Below, piece after piece: positions 19,001 through 26,856 of a stretch of 64,000 bases of DNA; the first letter of the stretch is position 1; each line of letters starts with the position of its first letter. The stretch lies in the NCBI RefSeq assembly GCF_044373165.1, contig NZ_JBILQL010000005.1, forward strand, positions 1,046 through 65,045, given 5' to 3'. This DNA comes from Flavobacterium sp. (GTDB lineage Bacteria; Bacteroidota; Bacteroidia; Flavobacteriales; Flavobacteriaceae). A model generated the notes under the pieces. That model searched no databases and was not told where the DNA came from. It saw only the letters and a program-made list of their open reading frames with translations. A program made the position numbers and the translations under genes.

Positions 19001-19253
19001 CGTGTTCTACACCTTTGATATTGGAAAGAATTTTTTCCAAAGGTTTCACTACGCGACTTTCGACTTCACTAGGACTCGCTCCGGGATAACCTACCATCAC
19101 GTCGGCCATCGGAACATTAATTTGCGGTTCTTCTTCTCTTGGAATTAGAAACGAACTGTATACGCCGATGATCATTAACCCAACCATTAACAGTATCGTT
19201 AATTTCGAATTGATAAAAAAATGGGCGATTTTACCTGATATACCTTCTTGCAT
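16041..19253 (-). CDS. RND efflux transporter permease (AcrB/CzcA superfamily)
   Basis: 1070 aa, 12-TM architecture with two large periplasmic loops. VVDDSIIIAENMHRH-type TM4 motif. Confidence 0.93.
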   Translation of the reverse strand: MQEGISGKIAHFFINSKLTILLMVGLMIIGVYSSFLIPREEEPQINVPMADVMVGYPGASPSEVESRVVKPLEKILSNIKGVEHVHSMAMNGQAMLIVQFYVGQDVERSYVKLYDELAKHENMFPQGVYKPMVKTRSIDDVPMLGLTLWSEKLSDFEIRQIAEEVTSEIEKVKDVAITKEIGGRNREVKVVLDKDKMAENGVDALSIMQMIQANNGSSQSGSFVSADKEYLLTTGEFLKTSEDIENLVVGVNANLPVYLKQVASVQDGPSTPRSYVSFGYGKANEKFAKNNSEYPAVTISIGKVKGADAMKISEKILEKVEHLKQTIITDDVHLEVTRNYGETASDKVGELLLHLGIAIIAVTLLVMLAMGWRGGLVVFFSVPLTFALTLFAYYMLGYTLNRITLFALVFVVGIVVDDSIIIAENMHRHFKMRRLPFKQAAIYAINEVGNPTILATFTVIAAILPMAFVSGMMGPYMSPMPIGASIAMLLSLFVALTVTPYLGYHLLHEKETQEHKAEQGLETSWIYKIYNKMERPFLESSKKRRLMLGITVLLLIGSVLMFFTKSVAVKMLPFDNKNEFQVVIDMPEGTTLERTAAVTQEIAQYLSTVPEVVNYQNYIGTSAPITFNGLVRHYDMRGGSNMADIQVNLLHKEDRDLQSHDIAKIVRPEIQKIAKKYAANVKIIEVPPGPPVLSTLVAEIYGPNYKEQIKVANQVKNILENTTDIVDVDWMTEDNQTEYKLVVDKEKAMLNGIAPQQVVGNLTYLLKEYPVSNLYDENSNDNVGIVLSLDDKDKTSLQDIQSLKIKGNRGNVVPVSDLVKVVQDTLQKTIYRKDQKRVVYVTADMAGDLESPVYAILGMNEKLQKMQLPKGYKVNELYMEQPSDESDFTVKWDGEWQITLEVFRDLGAAFLIVIVIIYMLIVGWFQNFKTPIVMMMAIPLSLVGIVLGHWLLGAFFTATSFIGMIALAGVMVRNSVLLIDFIEIRLNDGVPLKQAIIEAGAVRTTPILLTTGAVVIGASIILFDPIFQGLAISLVFGAIVSTLLTLIVVPLIYYITERKKWEHKPTDTKE

Positions 19254-19299
19254 GATTTTTTAATTTGAAAATGTGATGATTTGAAAATTTGAAAAGGAG

Positions 19300-20382
19300 T
19301 TAATTCAATTTCACTTTTGCGCCATTATACAACTTACCATCTGCCGAAACGATGTATTGTTCTTCAGCCGATAAACCGGATAAAACTTCTACTTGGTTGC
19401 CGAAAGTTTTCCCGATGCGCAACCATCTTAAAATGGCTTTGTTACCGTTGCCGATGGTGTAAATTCCGGTGAGTTGACCTTGTTTTACTAAAGCACTTTC
19501 GGGCACTAAAACCTTATCGGTTGTGGTAGTGGTTTGCGTTGTATTGGCCACAGGAAATTGAACATTGACAAACATACCGGATAAAATGGCTTTGTCGATT
19601 CGGTTCAAACTGACTTTAACCAAATACTGTCCACCGGTATTTTTAGCCGAACTGCTCACTTCAATTACTTTTCCGGTTACTTCTTTATTGATGGATTTTA
19701 CTAAAACTTTTACGGCCATTCCGTTTTGAATGTTGGCAATCTCACTTTCTGAAACCATCGCAGTAACTTGCAAACGCGAAACGCCTTCGATGCTTACTAA
19801 CGGCATTCCGGGATTGGCCATATCGCCTTCTTTGACAAACGTATTGGTCACTTCTCCCGAAAATGGCGCGGTAACATTGCTGTAACTGAATTGGGCTAAA
19901 ACTTCGTTGCGCATTTGTTTGGCAGCTTCCAATCCGGCTTTCGCCATTTCGTAGCGTGAAGTCATATCGTCTAATTCTTTTTGAGACGCACTTTGTTGGT
20001 TGAACAAGGCAGTGAATCTTTCATAGTCTTTTTTCGCATTGTTAAATGCTGCCGTTGCTTGTAAAATCGAAGCGTCTACTTGGGCTTTTTTGGCTTGTAA
20101 ATCGGTAGCGTTGATGCTTACCATTAATTGTCCGGCGCTAACTTTTTGTCCGACTTTCACATGCACTTTGGTTACGTAGCCCATCATTCGGGTACTGACA
20201 TTGGCACTGTTTTCGGCTTCAATTTTGCCACTGGCGGTTACAAAAGAACCATTGTTTTGGGCAGCCATTCCACTAACTTTTACCGGAATAGCCGTTGCAT
20301 TATCTGTAATTTCTTTACGGTCTTTTCCGCAGGAAAGAAATAAAAATGTTGAAATGGCAAGTGTGATTATTGTTTTTTTCAT
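19300..20382 (-). CDS. RND efflux periplasmic adaptor (MFP) lipoprotein
   Basis: Lipobox FLSC, coiled-coil hairpin, and lipoyl/beta-barrel motifs (TAPFSGEV, MFVNVQF). Confidence 0.9.
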   Translation of the reverse strand: MKKTIITLAISTFLFLSCGKDRKEITDNATAIPVKVSGMAAQNNGSFVTASGKIEAENSANVSTRMMGYVTKVHVKVGQKVSAGQLMVSINATDLQAKKAQVDASILQATAAFNNAKKDYERFTALFNQQSASQKELDDMTSRYEMAKAGLEAAKQMRNEVLAQFSYSNVTAPFSGEVTNTFVKEGDMANPGMPLVSIEGVSRLQVTAMVSESEIANIQNGMAVKVLVKSINKEVTGKVIEVSSSAKNTGGQYLVKVSLNRIDKAILSGMFVNVQFPVANTTQTTTTTDKVLVPESALVKQGQLTGIYTIGNGNKAILRWLRIGKTFGNQVEVLSGLSAEEQYIVSADGKLYNGAKVKLN

Positions 20383-20433
20383 GATTATATTTTTTGTCTA
20401 TTCTCTTTGTTCTTTGTTCTATTTTCTAACCTC

Positions 20434-21747
20434 TTATTTAGTTAAAAACTGTAAATACTGTTGGGTGAAATTGTACTCGAAAACGGCTTGCAAATGCTCT
20501 AATTCTTTTTGAATCATTTGGGTTTCGGCAGTCAATAAATCGGTGGTTTTTTCTAAACCTTGGGTGAAACGATTTTGGCGAATGCGATAAACTTCTTGTG
20601 AATGTTCGAAAGCCATTTGCGACAAACCGACTTTGTTTTCGGCATCTTTTAGTTGTCTATTGGTTTTGCTTAATTCGAGTTGGCTTTGCTTTTTGTATTG
20701 TTCGGTTTCGATGGTGGCTTTTTGGAAATCGGCTTTGGCTTTGTCATACTTTCCGATAGATTTGTAACCGTCGAAAACATTCCATGACAATTGTGCTCCT
20801 ACCAGATAACCTTTGGCAGCGGTACCTAAAAACTGACTGTCATACAACTCATAACTTCCGAAAGCGTTTAATCTTGGTAAGAAATTCATTTTGCTCATGA
20901 CCATCATTTTTTGATACGCTTCGGATGATTTGTCTAGGGCTTGAATGTCTTTCCTATTCTCTGATAATTGGGTGTTTATCGCTTCAACTTTAATGGAGTT
21001 TTCCAGTTCTTCTGAAGGTTTAAAGGTTTTGCCTTGTGTGTCTTCGTTTAATAAAAAAGCCAAATAATCTGAAGCATTTTGCACATTGCTTTTGGCGTAT
21101 TGCAATTGATTTGAAATGTCATTTACACGCACTTGAACATTCAACACATCCGTTTTTTGTAACAAACCTTGTTTGAAATAATTGTCGACCAATTTCAAAT
21201 TGGCTTTAGCCGTTGACTCCGCTTTTTCCAAAACACGAACGGCTTTGTAGGCTAATTGGAGTTGCATGTAAGCCTTAGTCACTTCAAGTTCTAAATACTC
21301 TTGGGTTCGCTGCGTTTGCAGTTGGAAAGCTTCCATTTTGGCTTTCGCGGCTTGTCTTCCGAAAATGCCGTCAACGTTGAGTAACGGTTGTTGAATTTCG
21401 ATTTTAGTGGCAAAGTTTTGCGTGGTTTTCGGGTCATTTAATAAAGTCGGATTGAAATCAGACTGGGTTAAAATTTCCTGATTTAATTTCGAACCAAAAG
21501 CCATTAACGGATTAGTAGTAGCCATTCCGGTGTAAGACATTGTAATGTTGGGCAAAAAGAGTGCATTTGATTGGCGGTAATCTGCTTTAGCCGATTGATA
21601 GTTTTGATCAGCGATTTTAATTTGCAGGTTCTTTTCGGATACTTTTTGTTTCAAATCGCTTTTAGAAATGGTCAACGTGTCTTGACTGAATCCTAAAATG
21701 GATAAGAATAAAAATCCTGTGGTTACTAATAGTTTGCTCATCTTCAT
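20434..21747 (-). CDS. TolC-family outer-membrane efflux protein
   Basis: Signal peptide from MKMSKLLVTTGFLFLSILGFSQ (ATG 21747). Two-repeat coiled-coil OEP pattern. The upstream ORF extension contains a terminator, so it is not coding. Confidence 0.88.
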   Translation of the reverse strand: MKMSKLLVTTGFLFLSILGFSQDTLTISKSDLKQKVSEKNLQIKIADQNYQSAKADYRQSNALFLPNITMSYTGMATTNPLMAFGSKLNQEILTQSDFNPTLLNDPKTTQNFATKIEIQQPLLNVDGIFGRQAAKAKMEAFQLQTQRTQEYLELEVTKAYMQLQLAYKAVRVLEKAESTAKANLKLVDNYFKQGLLQKTDVLNVQVRVNDISNQLQYAKSNVQNASDYLAFLLNEDTQGKTFKPSEELENSIKVEAINTQLSENRKDIQALDKSSEAYQKMMVMSKMNFLPRLNAFGSYELYDSQFLGTAAKGYLVGAQLSWNVFDGYKSIGKYDKAKADFQKATIETEQYKKQSQLELSKTNRQLKDAENKVGLSQMAFEHSQEVYRIRQNRFTQGLEKTTDLLTAETQMIQKELEHLQAVFEYNFTQQYLQFLTK

Positions 21748-21829
21748 AATGTTTATCTGAATTATGAAGCAAAAATACAGCTGGGAAAAAGCGTGCACAG
21801 TTACAATTGTTACAGAGGTAATTGGGTAT

Positions 21830-21856
21830 AAAAAAATGCCTGATTCCTCAGGCACT
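21830..21856 (-). terminator. terminator after the T9SS cargo gene
   Basis: TGCCTGA-ttcc-TCAGGCA hairpin with a T-run on the minus strand. Confidence 0.7.
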
Positions 21857-21882
21857 CAAAAAAACAGTGGTATTGATTTGAT

Positions 21883-23481
21883 TTATTTTACAATCACTTT
21901 TTGAGAAACATAAAACTTATTATCGAATATAAAAGTGATGATTACCGTTTGATTGGAAATTCCATCCAGTTCGAAATTCATACTATTATCGCCTTGCGTA
22001 ATATCTTCAATTTCACCGTCTAAAACAATTTTACCGTCCATAGTAGATACAAAATAATCAATGGTCGTTGCATAAGCCATTTTGAAATTGATTCTCACAG
22101 TACTGCTGTCTGTTGGATTTGGTGAAACCGTCATTGAAAAAGGGTTTTTACCTTCTATGGGTTGAACACCTAAAGGAAGATTTTTAATCAATTTCACTTC
22201 ATAAATAGTGGCATTGGCAGCAGTGGTTGAAGTATTATTGACTGAAAACGGATTCGCACTCGGACTGGTCAATCCGCCAACGATATGCCCGATTACAAAT
22301 TCATTTGCGGTAATTTCACTCAGTTTTATGACTTCGTTACTGTAATGCGGTAGTGATTTGTTCGGAATAAATTCGGCACTCGCGCCTTTTAAAGCCGGCA
22401 TGGTTTCAGGCAGTTGGTATTCCTGGAAAGAACCATCGGCGAATCTTGTTGTTCGGCTAATGGTATTGACAAATGGGACATTGTTGTCTTGCACCAAAGT
22501 GGTTCCGTTGTAATAATATTGACTGATGCCACCAAAAAAGAGGTTGTGCATGTTATTATCTGTAGCATCGTAAAAGCTAACTTTTGCACTGTGGTAATTG
22601 CTCAAATATTGATTAAAAGTCGTTTGCGGAAAATAGCCTTCGGGTTTGATATCAACGGGATACAAAAACGGTAAATCGACATTGATTTGAAATACGCCCG
22701 ACGAAATCGTGTACCCTTGCGAACCATCGGGGAAAATTTGTGGGAGCAGATTGTAATCTCTTCGGTGCAAATGAACCGCATCGGTAATGGCTTCGTAATT
22801 GGAAATACTTAATTGTGTACCTGAATTATCGATGGAAAATTTTCTGATTTGATTGGAATAGGTTTGGGTAAACGTTGGATTGTTCATCGGATTATATCTT
22901 CCGTCAAAACGGTGTCCGCCAATCAAATAAAACGTATTGTTTATTTTGCCTAATTGACCGCCGGTAATCGCAAAGTTGGGATTAGTCATTTGCTTGAAAT
23001 GAGAGGCAATTGCCGTTCCATTGATTACCGAATTAATCAAACCCGAAACGTTTATTGAAGTCAATTTATCAAAGGTAATATGATCGTTGGCCGTGGCAGA
23101 AAAAGCGTAACCGCCAATTATATAAAGCGTGTCATTATCTTGATAAAAGTTCAAATTTGTAGCTTGTAATTGCTCTTTTAAAGACGTTGGTAAGGTATTA
23201 ACAGAAGCCGACCAAAACTGATTCGTTACCACGTCAACAACATAAATAGTAGTATTATTATTTGATGCCGGAAAAGCATTAAAAGGCTGACGCGCATGTA
23301 TTCCGTCGAGTCTTCCGCCTATTATTAGCCATTTACCATTGGATTGACCAAAAGCATACGAATGGATTCCGGGAAAATTGGCAATGGTAATCGGGTTGAG
23401 TTGTACTTGGTAATCAAAAGTGGATTGTGAAAAAGTTGCATAAGTCAAAGCTAACAACCAAAAAGAAAAAAGAGCTTTCAT
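21883..23481 (-). CDS. secreted beta-propeller (Kelch-like) protein with T9SS type-A C-terminal sorting domain
   Basis: Signal peptide. Recurrent xIGG blade motifs (LIIGGR, YIIGGY, YLIGGHRFDG, LFFGGISQYY). C-terminal SPNPT ... VIVK Por_Secre_tail-like segment. Confidence 0.75.
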   Translation of the reverse strand: MKALFSFWLLALTYATFSQSTFDYQVQLNPITIANFPGIHSYAFGQSNGKWLIIGGRLDGIHARQPFNAFPASNNNTTIYVVDVVTNQFWSASVNTLPTSLKEQLQATNLNFYQDNDTLYIIGGYAFSATANDHITFDKLTSINVSGLINSVINGTAIASHFKQMTNPNFAITGGQLGKINNTFYLIGGHRFDGRYNPMNNPTFTQTYSNQIRKFSIDNSGTQLSISNYEAITDAVHLHRRDYNLLPQIFPDGSQGYTISSGVFQINVDLPFLYPVDIKPEGYFPQTTFNQYLSNYHSAKVSFYDATDNNMHNLFFGGISQYYYNGTTLVQDNNVPFVNTISRTTRFADGSFQEYQLPETMPALKGASAEFIPNKSLPHYSNEVIKLSEITANEFVIGHIVGGLTSPSANPFSVNNTSTTAANATIYEVKLIKNLPLGVQPIEGKNPFSMTVSPNPTDSSTVRINFKMAYATTIDYFVSTMDGKIVLDGEIEDITQGDNSMNFELDGISNQTVIITFIFDNKFYVSQKVIVK

Positions 23482-23497
23482 GTTGAGAATATTTTTC

Positions 23498-23505
23498 CAA
23501 AACTA
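23498..23505 (-). promoter_or_regulatory. -7 promoter box (TAGTTTTG on the minus strand) for the T9SS cargo gene
   Basis: Exact TAnnTTTG match 17 nt upstream of the ATG at 23481. Confidence 0.4.
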
Positions 23506-23543
23506 TTGATTCTAAACCAATTGTTTTGCCACATTTGTTACAT

Positions 23544-23572
23544 AAAAAAACGCCTCCGAATGGGAGACGTTT
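23544..23572 (-). terminator. terminator after the Lys/Cys-rich small gene
   Basis: AAACGCCTCC ... GGAGACGTTT hairpin (one C.A mismatch) followed by a T-run on the minus strand. Confidence 0.65.
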
Positions 23573-23592
23573 AGCAAGTTGTAAACTTTAAA

Positions 23593-23793
23593 TTATGCTT
23601 TTTTATCTTCTGCTTTTTTAGAAGCGCAACATCCGGCTTTTTTTTCAGTGCTGCATTCTTTTTTCTCTTCCGTTGAGCAAGACTTTTCAGTTTTTGCTTT
23701 TTTCTTTTTTTGTTTTGGCTCACCATTGTTGGCGTTAACATTCATAGCAAACAAAAGTGCTACTGCGGCAAATGCGGAAACTAATTTTTTCAT
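23593..23793 (-). CDS. small secreted Lys/Glu/Cys-rich protein (66 aa)
   Basis: Sec signal MKKLVSAFAAVALLFAMNVNA, then a KKKKAKTEKSCSTEEKKECSTEKKAGCCASKKAEDKKA tail. It has its own terminator. Confidence 0.5.
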   Translation of the reverse strand: MKKLVSAFAAVALLFAMNVNANNGEPKQKKKKAKTEKSCSTEEKKECSTEKKAGCCASKKAEDKKA

Positions 23794-23913
23794 CTTTTAT
23801 AATTTATTTAAGGGATTAATCTATTTAACTGTTATCAAATGTAATACATAAAAACATTGACAGACAAAATTTTAGCTTAAAACTAACTTAAGAATCAAGC
23901 TTCGAAACTACAA

Positions 23914-24114
23914 TTATTTTTCTTGCTTTGGTTTTGGCACCAAAATATTAAACAACAATCCGCCCATTAAACCACCGTATAAAGTAGAATTCAATGGCTT
24001 GGAAGTAATAGCACAAGTACCTCCGGCACAACCGATAAAATAAAAATAAGCATAACCGCCAACAGCCCCGATTAGGATGCCCAAAGTGGTAATTAAAACA
24101 GCTTTTTTTGACAT
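23914..24114 (-). CDS. small two-TM membrane protein with a C-x4-C motif (DUF6132-like)
   Basis: 66 aa with a GCAGGTC motif between hydrophobic segments. Start overlaps the thioredoxin stop by 1 nt. Confidence 0.55.
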   Translation of the reverse strand: MSKKAVLITTLGILIGAVGGYAYFYFIGCAGGTCAITSKPLNSTLYGGLMGGLLFNILVPKPKQEK

Positions 24115-24416
24115 TACTTTATTTTTTCAAGGATTGTTTTGATGATTTCGGCTTTGGATAACACTCCGGATTGACGCCAAAGTTGTGTTCCGTTTTGATA
24201 TAACATCATAGTAGGCACACCTCGAACTTGCTGCATAGCGGCCAATTCTTGGTTTTTATCTACATCTACTTTAATGATAGAAACCCTGTCACCTAAACTG
24301 TCTTTTACCTCTTTTAAGATAGGCCCGAGCATTTGACACGGTCCGCACCAAGTGGCATAAAAATCAATTAAAACCGGTTTCTCGGATTGGATGATTTGAT
24401 CAAAACTACTGTTCAT
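24114..24416 (-). CDS. trxA: thioredoxin
   Basis: 100 aa with WCGPC active site and a GVPT cis-Pro loop. Confidence 0.92.
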   Translation of the reverse strand: MNSSFDQIIQSEKPVLIDFYATWCGPCQMLGPILKEVKDSLGDRVSIIKVDVDKNQELAAMQQVRGVPTMMLYQNGTQLWRQSGVLSKAEIIKTILEKIK

Positions 24417-24612
24417 CTTTTTGATTTTTATAATTTACCTGACAGCCATTTGGGCCACAACCCATATTGAAAATCGCCTGAAACAAAAAGAAAATACCAA
24501 AGACAATGAAAAACCATTGTTTTGTTTCATAAGCTTGAAAAAACAAAAACAAGGCCAACGCTAATCGGAAATAGCGCATCAGGTGCCATTGGGAAAACAG
24601 TATTCTTTTCAT
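24406..24612 (-). CDS. small two-TM membrane protein with a C-terminal C-x4-C motif
   Basis: 68 aa, hydrophobic helices, and a GCGPNGC motif. Lies 9 nt after the MBL-rhodanese gene and overlaps the thioredoxin start by 11 nt. Confidence 0.5.
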   Translation of the reverse strand: MKRILFSQWHLMRYFRLALALFLFFQAYETKQWFFIVFGIFFLFQAIFNMGCGPNGCQVNYKNQKDEQ

Positions 24613-24621
24613 GACAAAAAT

Positions 24622-26040
24622 TTATAATAAAGTAGTTGGACAAACGTAATTGGTAATGGGCAAGTTAGTCATTTTGATTTCATTAAAACCACCTATTACA
24701 TCCACAAAATTTTCAAACCCTCTTTGTTTTAAAATAGAGGCCGCAATCATACTGCGATAACCGCCGGCGCAATGCAATACAAAGTGTTGGTCTTTGGGAA
24801 ACTCAGACAAATGCAGATTGATTTCATTTAAAGGAATATTGATGGCGTTTACCAAATGCTCCGAATCATATTCGCTTTTCTTTCTAACATCGATGATAGG
24901 CGTGGCATGAATTTCCTCCAAATTTTCCAATTCTTTGGCACTGATTCTTTTGACCGTATCAACCTCTTTTCCGGCATTCACCCAAGCTTGAAATCCGCCT
25001 TCCAAATAGCCAATGGCATGATCGTAACCCACTCTTGACAATCGGATGATGGCTTCTTGGACTTTTTCATGGTTTTCGGCTACCAAAAGAATTTCTTGTT
25101 GTAAATCGGGGATCAATTCGCCAACCCACATGGCAAAATTACTTTCCAAACCAATGTTAATGCTATTTGGAATAAAGCCTTCTGCAAAATCAGAAGCTTT
25201 TCGGGTGTCTAAAATTAAGGCTTGTGTTTCATTGGCTACTATTTCAAACGACTTGGCATCATAGGATTTTTGACCGCGGTGCATCACATTTTCTAAGCTT
25301 TCATAGCCTTGAATATTCATTAAAACATTCTTAGGAAAATATGCCGGCGGTGTGGTCAATCCGGTTAATAATGCCAAAACAAAATCATCTTCAGTTAGCT
25401 TTGGATTTAAAGCATAATTGGTCCTTTTTTGATTGCCTAAAGTATCGGTGGTTTCTTTGCTCATCATTTTACCACAGGCACTTCCGGCACCGTGATTCGG
25501 ATAAACAATTAAATCATCAGACAAAGGCATGATTTTTTCGTGAAGTGAATGGTAAAGCAATCTCGCTAGTTTGTCCTGAGTTAAATCGGCCACCACATGT
25601 TGGGCCAAATCCGGTCGACCAACATCACCTATAAACAAAGTATCTCCGGTAATAATCCCGTGTTCTTTTCCGTTTTCATCTATCACCAAATAGGTAGTAC
25701 TTTCCATAGTATGGCCGGGCGTGTGAATAGCTTTGACTTTGCAATTGCCGACTTCAAAAACCTGATTGTCTTCGGCTATTAAAGCTTCAAAACCAGGTTT
25801 GGCGGTTGGTCCGTATACTATAATGGCGTTTTCTTTTTGGGCTAAATCCAAATGTCCCGAAACAAAATCGGCGTGGAAATGCGTTTCAAAAACGTATTTG
25901 ATTTGAGCGTTGTCCTTCCGGGCGCGGTCAATGTAAGGTTGTACTTCGCGTAACGGATCAAAAATAGCGGCTTCTCCGTTGGATTCTAAATAATAGGCTG
26001 CATGAGCCAAACATCCGGTATAAATTTGTTCTAATTTCAT
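24622..26040 (-). CDS. persulfide-dioxygenase-type MBL-fold hydrolase fused to two rhodanese domains (CstB/Blh-like)
   Basis: MBL motif THFHADFVSGH from the Met at 26040. The C-terminal rhodanese has active-site loop HCAGGYRS. Confidence 0.88.
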   Translation of the reverse strand: MKLEQIYTGCLAHAAYYLESNGEAAIFDPLREVQPYIDRARKDNAQIKYVFETHFHADFVSGHLDLAQKENAIIVYGPTAKPGFEALIAEDNQVFEVGNCKVKAIHTPGHTMESTTYLVIDENGKEHGIITGDTLFIGDVGRPDLAQHVVADLTQDKLARLLYHSLHEKIMPLSDDLIVYPNHGAGSACGKMMSKETTDTLGNQKRTNYALNPKLTEDDFVLALLTGLTTPPAYFPKNVLMNIQGYESLENVMHRGQKSYDAKSFEIVANETQALILDTRKASDFAEGFIPNSINIGLESNFAMWVGELIPDLQQEILLVAENHEKVQEAIIRLSRVGYDHAIGYLEGGFQAWVNAGKEVDTVKRISAKELENLEEIHATPIIDVRKKSEYDSEHLVNAINIPLNEINLHLSEFPKDQHFVLHCAGGYRSMIAASILKQRGFENFVDVIGGFNEIKMTNLPITNYVCPTTLL

Positions 26041-26057
26041 GGTTGTCGATTTTCCTC

Positions 26058-26065
26058 CAAATGTA
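26058..26065 (-). promoter_or_regulatory. -7 promoter box (TACATTTG on the minus strand) for the MBL-rhodanese operon
   Basis: Exact TAnnTTTG match 18 nt upstream of the ATG at 26040. Confidence 0.45.
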
Positions 26066-26086
26066 TCCAATCAAAATTGGTATTGA

Positions 26087-26102
26087 AATGATAATTATCA
26101 TT
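26087..26102. promoter_or_regulatory. perfect 16-bp palindrome AATGATAATTATCATT, candidate Crp/Fnr-family operator
   Basis: tGAT-N4-ATCa core resembles the FNR box TTGAT-N4-ATCAA. Sits between the Crp/Fnr gene and the MBL-rhodanese gene, with its centre 33 bp upstream of the -7 box centre. Confidence 0.5.
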
Positions 26103-26165
26103 CAGGGTGAGACAAAAGTAAAACTAAAAACAACCGTTGTAAGTATCAAAAGTTACACAAAAACT

Positions 26166-26798
26166 TTAGGGCTTTATCAATTCTATCGAAGCGCGATGCA
26201 ATTTGATTTTACCTTCGTTTTCTAAAGCTTTAAGCAGGCGAGAAATCACCACACGAGAAGTGTGCAAATCATAAGCTATTTCCTGATGGGTATTTTGAAC
26301 AGAATTGGATTTGTTGATTTGCGCTTTATCCATTAAATAATTGTAAAGCCTTTCATCCATATTCATGAAGGCTAAATTATCGATTGCCATTAGCATTTCT
26401 TTTAAACGGCTATTGTAGCTGTTGAATACATAATTTCGCCAACTTTTATATTTGCCCAGCCATTCTTCCATTTTGGCTACCGGAATCATGATTACCTCGC
26501 CTTTATTTTCGGCTACGGCTCGAATTTCGCTTTTGGTTTCGCCCAAACAACAAGCCATGGTCATGGCACAAGTATCGCCTTTTTCCAAGAAATACAACAA
26601 CAATTCGCCTTCGTCAAAATCTTCCCGAAGAATTTTAATCGCGCCCGAAATGAGCAAAGGCATAAATTTAATATAATCGCCAAAATCAATCAAAACATCA
26701 CCTTCTTCAAATGCTCTTAGCTGAGACACTTGTGCAATTTCCTCGAGAAGTGCTTCTTCAAAAACAAAACCGTAACTTTCTTTTAGTAATTCTAACAT
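26166..26798 (-). CDS. Crp/Fnr family transcriptional regulator
   Basis: 210 aa. N-terminal cNMP-binding-like barrel and a C-terminal HTH (THQEIAYDLHTSRVVISRLLKALE). Confidence 0.88.
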   Translation of the reverse strand: MLELLKESYGFVFEEALLEEIAQVSQLRAFEEGDVLIDFGDYIKFMPLLISGAIKILREDFDEGELLLYFLEKGDTCAMTMACCLGETKSEIRAVAENKGEVIMIPVAKMEEWLGKYKSWRNYVFNSYNSRLKEMLMAIDNLAFMNMDERLYNYLMDKAQINKSNSVQNTHQEIAYDLHTSRVVISRLLKALENEGKIKLHRASIELIKP

Positions 26799-26842
26799 GT
26801 TGATTGAATTTTGGTTTTGTAAATTTCGACTAAAAAAAGGAC

Positions 26843-26856
26843 ATGATAAAAATCAT
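26843..26856. promoter_or_regulatory. second ATGAT-N4-ATCAT box in the divergent Crp/Fnr - DUF2892 spacer
   Basis: ATGATAAAAATCAT has the same half-sites as 26087..26102. Its centre is 33 bp upstream of the centre of a near-consensus -7 box, TACTTTTA (26879..26886). Confidence 0.45.

Noticed and set aside
16041-19253. Calling the RND pump specifically a heavy-metal (CzcA/CusA) or multidrug (AcrB) exporter
   Set aside because: I cannot discriminate the subfamilies by eye, so only the superfamily call is reported.
21748-21855. Upstream extension of the TolC ORF. Similar extensions occur at 26041..26070, 15411..15461, 15706..15750, 58130..58165, 11576..11617, 12255..12278, 29410..29418 and 48562..48582.
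   Set aside because: In each case an internal Met gives a proper signal peptide or family-typical N-terminus. The extension would overlap a terminator, a promoter box or the neighbouring gene.
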